NCBI RefSeq assembly: GCF_009914755.1
Contig: NC_060926.1
Strand: one strand, 5' to 3'
DNA from: the human T2T-CHM13v2.0 reference genome, Homo sapiens
Length of the DNA stretch: 64,000 nucleotides
Positions 55,155-64,000 of the stretch are shown piece by piece (within the stretch, counting starts at the first letter, position 1; each line of letters begins with the position of its first letter). The notes beneath the pieces were generated by a model. That model was not told where the DNA came from and did no database searches. It was given only the letters and a program-made list of their open reading frames with translations. A program made the translations under genes and the position numbers.

Positions 55155-55500
55155 ATTTTCTCTCTCTCTCTTTCTCTGTCTCTCTCTTTCTTTTTTTCTT
55201 TCTTTCTTTTATTTTTCCTTTTGAGACGGAGTCTCACTCTGTCACCCAGGCTAGAGTGCAGTGGCATGATCTCAGCTCACTACATCCTCTGCCGGGTTCA
55301 AGACATTCTCCTGCCTCAGCCTCCCGAGTAGCTGGGAATACAAGCGCCTGCCATTACACCTGGCTAATTTTTGTATTTTTAGTAGAGACGGGGTTTCTCC
55401 ATGTTGGCCAGGCTGGTCTCAAACTCCCGACCTCAAGTGATTCACCTGCCTCGGCCTCCCAAAGTGTTGGGATTACAGGCATGAGCCACCGTGCCCGGCC
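55155..55500 (-). mobile_element. AluS (Sz/Sx-like) with TC-rich tail
   Basis: Full antisense dimer; TSD cagatgggcattt/cagatcggcattt. Confidence 0.93.
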
Positions 55501-56769
55501 CAGATCGGCATTTCTTAAAAGAAACTTGCATCTAACACATGACACACCGATTCCACTTCTAGATAATTACTCAAGAGAATATAAATATCTGTTCATTCAA
55601 AGACTTGTACTTGAGTATTTGTATTAGCTTTATTTATACTGTAATATGCCCAGGTGGGAAAGAATCCAAATAGCCAACATTTGGGTGGATACCAAGTAGG
55701 TGGATGATCAAACTGAAACATCATTTCAAGGATAACATTTCATGGAATACTACTCAACAATAACACAATAACAAGGAATGAACATGCTACACCATGGAGA
55801 AAATAAGTATTCCTGAGTGAAAGAAGCTAATCCTCCCAAAAAGTTGATTTTATTTATATAAAATTCTAGAAAACATAAATTAATCAATAGTGACTAAAAG
55901 CAGATCAGTGATTCCCTGGGAATGAGTAGAGCAGGCAGGGGCAAAGAGAAGGGATTAAAGTAGTCAAAACTGAACAAATCTTATGCTTTAAATATGTGTA
56001 GTTTATTGTATATAATTTATAATCAATGCAGCTAATACAATGTATAGGAGAGAATCGCTTTTTAAAAATTAAAGTATATGCTTCTAAGTCAACATTTTAG
56101 CTGATCTGAAGGAAAGAAAAAAACGTATTTGGCTTCTAAACACCAAATATCAGGGTCAAGACCTAATACTGGCATCTTCCTACTTCTCTACTCTTGGAGA
56201 CCAGGGACAGTTACCACACTGTCATGTCAATATGAAATGTAGGGAAGTTGAACTAATCAGTGTTGTGCTCTGTCCCACAGCCTGAGAACAGGGTTCAATT
56301 TATGTATTTATTTAATTATAGGACCCTGAGTCAATCCATTTTTATCATCCTCACACTCTCCCCCTCTTGTTTATGCCATCATAATAATTGTGGTAAAAAA
56401 AATAAGCTCCATAATGGAAGAGAACTTCTCTGTCTTGTTACCACTGAATCCAAGCATCTGAAATGTGGCCAGCCATATGGTGAAGGTCATTATGTGTTTG
56501 TTGAATTAATATTTTACAATGTTTTAAATGTCTTTAAGGAGAAATTGTCTATTATTTATCTTTGTACCTCCAAAGAATAAGCACTTAGTGTTCATGTTAT
56601 TCCGTGCATGGTGTGCAAGTTTTGTGAGATCTAACAAATGAGTATTGATTTTTTTCTCCTTTGAAATGTGAGATTTGGGGACATAGGATTAATGAGATAG
56701 AGCACAACAGTGATGAGTTTAAGTAAAATTCTTGCATCTTTGAATTAGTATTGGAAATATTAGAATGAA

Positions 56770-58245
56770 TTCATATTTTCTCTTTTTAAAAAGTATTTCC
56801 GAATTCCGTTCAATGAAAACACCTAGAAAAATAACAAATTCACTACCAGTAAGCACCCTGAATGTCTAGATTGTGGTCTCCAAAGATCTTTGAAAAATTG
56901 CTGATTCCAGGTACAAAATGAATCTGAAATACTTTATCAAACCAGAAAGCAAAAAAGTCACCCAAAAATTCCCACAAATAAATGATAAATGTTTGAGACG
57001 ATGAATATGCTAATTACCCTGATCTGATTACAATACATTATATGTATTGAAACATTGCTATGTTGCCTGTAACTATGTATGTGCAATGATTATGTGTCAA
57101 TTAAAAATAATCATTTAATTCAATTTAATTTAAAAACAAAACAAAACTACTGGCATCATGTCAAAACTTCTGAGGAGCCAGCTTAAAGAAGTTCCTGCAC
57201 AATGATGATACAATTTGATACCATCATTAAGAATAATAATTGCAATGCATTGAAACATAAAATGTTCTTCAATCTGTGAGTTCAAAAAATATTGACAAAA
57301 ACTCTCATTTGTCACCTTGGAGGTTGCTAGGGAATAACTCATTCTATTGAAAACAGGTAACTAAAGAGAAGCCAAATATTTAACCTGTCTCTTCCATATG
57401 AACTAAACTTTAACATCATTTTTGTATACTTGATAATTAATGAATCTAGGCAGTGACCATCAATGGCATCACAGAGAGATGACCAGACTTACGTCTTCCT
57501 GATGGATGGACTTAGCATCACCTATGAAGTATTATTGCCAAATAATTGAACCTGCATCTAATCAAGCCTCTACACCAAAATACCAATGTGTAAGAAATAC
57601 AGGGAACAAGAATACATGTTAATGTGATATATTAGAAATCCCCTTTCCACTTACATCTTTCAGCAGTGGTGCCAATAATGTGGAGGGACAATAAATTATT
57701 CAAAGTGGGGGATTAAGCAATTATGTTAAACTATTCTACATGGATTTAAGCAGCAAAACACAGACTTTAGGAAGCTCTACAGGACAAAGCAACCAGTATT
57801 TTCCCCAATAAAATACAAGGAAAAATAGGGGAGAGATAGAAGATAAACAAATAAAACATTTCCAAGTGACACATCAAAGCAATTACAACAAAAGGATGTG
57901 ATGTAGATCCTGATACAAATCAACTGCTAACAACAAAATATGACAGGACAATCAAGACAATTTCAGCAGTGATGATATTTGGTAATATTGATGTTTTAAT
58001 TATTCTCCTGTGTAATTATGGTAATATAGTCATATTTTTATAATTTTATGTTTTAGCATTTCTGAAATATTTATAGGTTAAATGACATAATATGACAACT
58101 AGTATTTGCTTCAAGTTAAAATAAAGCAATATGAGGGTATAGTTAAAACACAGTTGTTCATGAGTTAATAATTGTTAAGGTTGGGTGATGTGTTCATTAT
58201 ACTATTCTATTATTTTATGTTTAAATTGTTATAATAAAAATCATA
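56770..58245 (+). mobile_element. L1MC-type 3'UTR with a nested short L1MA/PB 3' end (~56970-57115)
   Basis: tagattgtggtctcc...gctgattccagg; ctctacaggacaaa; catgagttaataattgttaag. Confidence 0.65.
57619..57711 (-). repeat. Inverted copy of 58863-58954
   Basis: Reverse complement matches with 3 substitutions and 1 indel over 93 bp. Confidence 0.95.
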
Positions 58246-59218
58246 AAAGATGAACCTAAACTAAAATCCAACTTAGAAAGCAAAAGAATTAGGAAAACTG
58301 TATTTTACTTCCAAAAATATTCAGTACTACCTGCTTAAAAAGAAACAGTTTCTTCCATGCATGAAAGTAGCTGCTTATAAATCATTCAATATTAAACATA
58401 GGGCAGGGGGAAGGGGCAAACAAATGTAAATGGTAGGAGCCTACATGAATGAGAAATTGAACATAAATGAAGTATAACTGCCTCTGAAATGATAATTCTA
58501 GTTTATGGAAAAATGGGATTGGATTAACAAACACCACCGCAGGATCACAACTATTTTGCAAAGCAAAGTATACTAGCAAACAAATATGTGAAAGATGTTT
58601 ACCCTTTAGGAAAAGACAGGCACAGGTAATTGTAACCAGGCTCTAAGCCTGTTTGTAAACAGAGATACTGTATTTTCACTGCCTCTCAGATTGTGGTCTA
58701 AATATTTGACAACTTTAATGTCTTTCAAAGATATTAAATGTTGCAGGCATGTGAGAAAGGTCATATATCATTTCTGATTTGTTGTCGACTTTGCTGGCAA
58801 ATGTGCATTTGTGTGCAGCTATCTTTCATAAACTGCTGGCTCTCCTGTTTGTTATATGGCTACCCCCACTTTGAATAATTTATTGTCCCCCACATTATTG
58901 GCACCACTTCTGAAAGATATAAGTGAAAAGGGGATTTCTAATATATCACATTAAAAAATAAGTCAGGGGAAACTCTAAATCAGGATGTTGTTTTAAACAG
59001 CTCCTACTCATTAGGGAGAAAACTTATGAACCCAAAGTAAAAATGCCTCTCAAATCTACTTAATGAAGGAAAGCAAAGCAATGGAAGCTGATGTGTTTGT
59101 TCATTACCAATTTCATGCTGCTTTGCCTGTAGGCTGAGTTCTGTGAGGTAAGTCAAATGGCCTCCTAGGTTTCATCCTTTATTTTAATATTTTTTTATAA
59201 AGGGAATAAAAACAAATA

Positions 59219-59321
59219 TTTAGAATGGTGCAAAAGTAATTGCAATTTCTGTCATTAGCAGTTGCCATTGACAACTTTAAAAGTAATGGCAGAAACCGCA
59301 ATTACTTTTGCACCGACCTAA
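59219..59321. mobile_element. MADE1 mariner MITE (palindromic) with an enlarged loop
   Basis: ggtgcaaaagtaattgc...gcaattacttttgcacc inverted arms with TA flanks. Confidence 0.92.
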
Positions 59322-60249
59322 TAGAAAACTCATGTTCAGATTCTTCTGAACCGGAACATGCAAAAGTTGTCAGTGGTGAAGATAGAAATACCTGAGCAAT
59401 GGGCACATGGGCTCATCCTGACTGACTCCTATACATCAATTCTCCTGGATACCCAAAAAGAAGGGCCCAACCAGGACCACTGATTGGTGGTCAGTGTAAC
59501 TTAGGGGACATTAGAGCTGTTGAAATTACAGCCGGCTACACTGGTAGGCAATAAACTCCCTGTCACTGTTTGTGGATAGCTACCTGGAAAAGATGTAATA
59601 GACCACTGGTTTTTAAGCCTTGTGAGGATTTTTAATGCCTTTAGAAATGCACTACGACTATGAAACATCTCTACGTGAAAACATGTATATTTAACAAAAT
59701 ATTAATATATAACATACTGGGGGCTCATAGACCTCAGGTACCCATCAATGGTTCAAGAATAAGTTTCTGCATTTGGAGGAATCTAAATAGATATCTCCCA
59801 GGGTCTCTGTCTACTCTAAGATTCTATTTAGGGAAGATTTTTTTTAATGAAGAAGAATTAAAAGTGATTTTAAATTATTCCATTCTGCCATCTCAAATTA
59901 TTCAGAACTTGGGAAAATGGCCATGATTTATTGAAAGTGAAATAATTATATGTGATTCTGGTTTCATTTTCATAAAAGCCATGATGGAGACAAACTCACA
60001 AACATCAATTACACATTTCTCCCTTTGGCACAAATGCCTCGTGCTAATTTTCCCTTCCTGGCTCAGTCACTCAATTTGCTGCCCACGACTTTCCATTCCA
60101 CTTGTCCAAATTCAGCACCTTTTATATACCCTCTGAGTTTCTCCTCCCACTCTGGAGCCTTTGCTGGTATTTCAGGCCTCATTCATCTCCTCTCATCCGA
60201 ACTCCTACAAGATAAATTCTGCTGCACAGTGCCACACGTAATTATGTTC

Positions 60250-60395
60250 TGTCATATGCTATTGACTTCTGTTTTGTGTGTTTCATTTCTAAGAATAGAC
60301 TGCAAAATTCTAGATCATGGGTACCTGGTCAAATATTCTGCTATTTCACTATATCTAGAACAAACACTAGATACTCAATAAATTCCTGTTGATTA
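60250..60395 (+). mobile_element. L2 3' end
   Basis: tagactgcaaaattc...tagatactcaataaat. Confidence 0.6.
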
Positions 60396-62150
60396 AAATC
60401 CGTTCTTTGGTTTCTGTCTATGATGGTTTCACCACATCTTTGAGAAACAATAAAATCGCAGTGAGGGTAATTTAAAGGAGAAGGTTTGGAAAGAGAGCTG
60501 AAAAGTGAGCTTACACATTATTCAGTGTGTAAGAATCAATGAAAGTTTGGAGTATGACACTTTATAGAAATAATGGTCAAGGGAAACTAAGATTGGATTC
60601 AGAAGTTGAAAATACTGATGAGAGAAAATAGGTAAACACATTTTGAAAAGATGCATGACCTTATTTATTATTATTATTGTTTTAAAGCTAAAAAGAATTG
60701 TCTCAACAAAAGTTATTTTTAAAAACATCTCTTGAACTTGTTTGGCTGAAGGAATCATTCGAAAAACATAAACTGCATGAAGTTGACTGTGGCTGTAATT
60801 ATGTAGTACCCACCACAGTCTTCCTTAAATGGCTCCTCGTCACCTTAGAAAGAAGGTTTTCTTTTCCTTTGCTGTGAATATTCTCACTTGTTGTATTAAA
60901 CAAGGGGTCAGCACTGCTAGAGAATATGGAGTCAATTGCGAATTCTCAGCCTCAGCATCTAATTAGAGGTAGTGTATGGAATGCCTTCCTTAATTACTTT
61001 GGAGTCATTGGGGTATTTCATTAGTCTCAGTTTTTATCTTGTAACTTCATTCATAAAATATGTTCCTTATCAATTAGCTCCGCTGGGAACTGATCACTGG
61101 CCCTGTGTATCCTGCTCTCTGTGTGATCTCTCAGCCCCAAAGGAGGTCAGAATTCTTCTACATCATATAACACTTTCAACTCTATTACCACACTAAGAAC
61201 ACCATGAAGGAAAACTAAAAAAGCAAGATATTATGTCACTTACAAGATGAAATACTGTTCCTAAATTGTGCTGGAAATATTAGGTAAAATTGATATAATC
61301 TAAGAAGTTAAACAACAAATGTTATTTAGACTTAAATTATTCATTGGTTCAGCCCATACTTTTCCTGGGATTAGTAGAAATATGCTCTCCAGAGATGCTT
61401 TAAAAAGACAAATTAAAATGCTCTCTTTAAGAATGAAATTTTATGGGATCAGAAGGGAGATACATGAGTCATGTTTAAGAGCAACATGGCTGCAGGGCAG
61501 AAAACTAAACTCAAGATATTAACATGGCTGAAGAACATTGAGGCAGGGAAGTTAAGTCACAAAGTTATGTATAGGCATTGGCAACACCATCCAATATGCA
61601 GAGATGGCAGAACTCCCAGAGACTCCACATGCCAGGCAAAGATGGTGTACCAAGCCGGATGTCTTCCAACATTTAAATCCTGTAGTCAACTTTCTGTTAT
61701 CTTAATTCTAGGACCACAAAGAAACTTTTGATGATAATTTGCTTCTATGTTTTCTTGAAACTGGGAAGGAGATGCCACAGTAGGCTCTTGGACCTACTCC
61801 TTACCTCAAGTAGCTTCAGTTGCTGCAAGTCCTTCACTAAGAGACGGGGTTGTTTTTTTTTTAATCCCAGCTTTTGTTTTTTGTTCCACTTTTTCTTATG
61901 TAAAGATCATTTCCATAAGCGAATGTGGAAATAAAGAGAGAAACTGCTATAGTCTCTGGGATAGCTCTCAGCACTCTACCACCAGGTCTTCCTTGCTACA
62001 AATTTATCAGAAGGACCTTGTGTGATTGTCCAAGGCAGAATATACGATTTTCAAAGAATGAAAATCCACTCAAAGTAGCCCCATAACAAGGCTGTATCAG
62101 AAGTCAGCTCTCAAGGCATCCGAGAAAATGGTGATCAGACCTGAGGCCTT

Positions 62151-62973
62151 ATCTATTAATTAGCTATTGCGGCATATCAAACAATTACAAAACTCAGTGT
62201 CTATAACAACAATTATTAAGTTGCTTATGAGTTTGTGGGTTTGGTGGGGTTTGATTGATTGACTTTGAGCTCTGCTGAGCAGCTCTACTTCAAGCTGCAG
62301 TGGCTGGAGTGACTAATTCTCCCTGTGGTCTGTCAGGTGATAGCACTAGTTCTGTTCCAGGTGTCTTTCATACTTCTTCAACCAACAGACTACCTGAGGC
62401 ATGCCTTTTTTTCTTTTTTTTTTTTTTTGGAGTCGGAGTCTCGCTCTGTCAGCCAGACTAGAGTACAGTGGTGAGAGATCGCGGCTCACTGCAACCTCTG
62501 CCTCCCAGGTTCAGGCGATTCTCCTGCCTCAGCCTCCTGAATAGCTGGGACTACAGGCGCCTGCCACCACGCCCAGCTAATTTTTGTATTTTTAGTAGAG
62601 ACAAGGTTTCACCATATTGGCCAGGCTGGTCTCGAACTCCTGACCTTGTGATCCACCCACCTCGGCCTCTCAAAGTGCTGGAATTACAGGCATGAGCCAC
62701 AGCGCCTGGCCGGCATGCTCTTCTTATTGCAGTAGCAGAGGCACTGAAGGGCAAGCAGAAATATTCAAGGCCATTTAAAGCCTTAATTCAAAACTGGCAT
62801 ACTGTCAGTTCTATCTCATTCTATTGGCCAAAGCAAGTTAAATGGCCAAACCCAAAATCTAGGAGAAGGGAAATATATCCCGCTCTTTTAGTAGGAGGAA
62901 TTGCAAAGTTACATGGCAAAGGATTTGGATAGAGAGAGATGTAGAATCAGGGCCAATAAGGCAGTCTACCATA
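62151..62973 (-). mobile_element. MLT1 (G/H-like) LTR hosting an Alu
   Basis: tagctattgcggcat...aaaactcagtg; attctattggccaaagcaagt; gaattgcaaagttacatggcaaagg. Confidence 0.8.
62405..62711 (-). mobile_element. AluS (Sg/Sc-like)
   Basis: Full antisense dimer; TSD ggcatgc (62398-62404/62712-62718). Confidence 0.93.
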
Positions 62974-64000
62974 TGTGACCACCTGCCCAGTTCCAGAAAC
63001 CTCAGTAGCCTTAAGAGCAGTAGCAGCGATACTTGAATCTTTATTCTGGCATCACAATTATCTCGACTCAGCCACAAGCTTGCATAATTTTCTGTATCAC
63101 TTAGATCAAATTTCCAAAACAAAGAATCTTACTGAACAAGCTTGGTTTTTGCATTTCTTTGGGGTCAATGGAGCTCCCTGGTTTGATCACGGGGCAATTC
63201 TCTTAAAGAAGGGTGTAAGCAGAGAGGCAGCAATCACATACATACCCAGGATAGTTTTCTTTGTGTTGTCATCGTTTTCTGTTGGTTCCTCGTCACCTGG
63301 TTTCTCCAGCTGGCAACTTCTCCTTGGTTGTCCAAGGCAGGAAATATGTTTTCAAGGAATGGAAATCCACTCAAACTAGCTCCGTAAAAGTCTGTATCAG
63401 AAGGATTCAGATCTCAAGGTGTTCAAGAAAATGGTGATCAGACCCAGGGTTGTGCACATCTTTTCCAAGACTTCCATATTCATAGAAATTGGTTCACTTT
63501 CCCGTGTTTTCTTATTATTGACCACCTGACCAAGGCCAGAAAATGATCTAACCTTGGCTTCAAACACATCTTAATGCTCTTTGTGAGATAAATTATGTCT
63601 TTGGCTACTCACTGATCTCTGATTCTGATCACAGATCAGGCCCTGATCTCAGCTTACTACTTACCTCATTAATGAGCACCATTAGTCTTACAGTAGACAG
63701 AGAAGCAGTATAGATGGCTTATCTCAGCTTCCTCCCTCCCCTAGACATACAATCAGAAATAAGTAGGTGGTGGGACAGTGACACCATCTTTCCTTGCATC
63801 ATTTCTTTGAAGGAGAAAATTTTTCCATCTTAAACTTGCATAATATACACATTACTTATAGAAAGCCTACAATCCAAAAGAAAAATGAGTCAGAATTACA
63901 AATAAAAAAGAAAAAAAAAATTCCTAATACAGTGTTTCTGCTGTTGTTCAAATGTGAAACCACCCATAAAATACAGAGAACATTTGAATGTGTTGATGGA

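Larger units (their letters stand above)
48200..56030 (+). mobile_element. Fragmented old L1M elements (5'/ORF1 pieces, then a long ORF2 and 3'UTR from ~51020) with nested MLT1, MER47 and Alu
   Basis: Collinear degenerate ORF2 motifs (aatggtctaaacac, ccctctctcaataattgatag, ataaaattgataaacttctagcc, ccaggaatgcaagg, gacttcatcaaaa); boundaries approximate. Confidence 0.75.

Noticed and set aside
55065-55627. ORFs of 88 and 160 aa (and similar ORFs at 10812, 22174, 39341, 62468)
   Set aside because: Alu read-through translations.
63612-63652. Cluster of TGATC/GATCA motifs
   Set aside because: Short and irregular; no supportable function.

Overview
Human genomic DNA (a human-specific AluYb8/9 is present). 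The window is AT-rich and CpG-poor, has no CpG island, and is dominated by interspersed repeats: L1PA/L1MA/L1M, L2, MIR, CR1/L3, Alu, THE1/MST/MLT and LTR16/MER34-type LTRs, ERVL internal fragments, and hAT/Tc-mariner fossils. I recognise no protein-coding exon. The longer ORFs in the track are L1 ORF2 remnants or THE1-internal/Alu read-throughs. The most notable unexplained structure is a series of short local copy events (23-340 bp, direct and inverted, copied over 0.2-3 kb); several sit as foreign insertions inside L1 fossils and look like templated DNA-repair scars. There are also two twin-primed (5'-inverted) L1s with recoverable TSDs, a full-length THE1A with DUX4-type motifs, a MADE1 hairpin, and several well-formed but unverified splice-site pairs in unique sequence (possible lncRNA exons and a 15-nt microexon). 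I do not see evidence for a wholly new biological system. Repeat subfamily names are from recall of consensus sequences, and boundaries of old elements are approximate.
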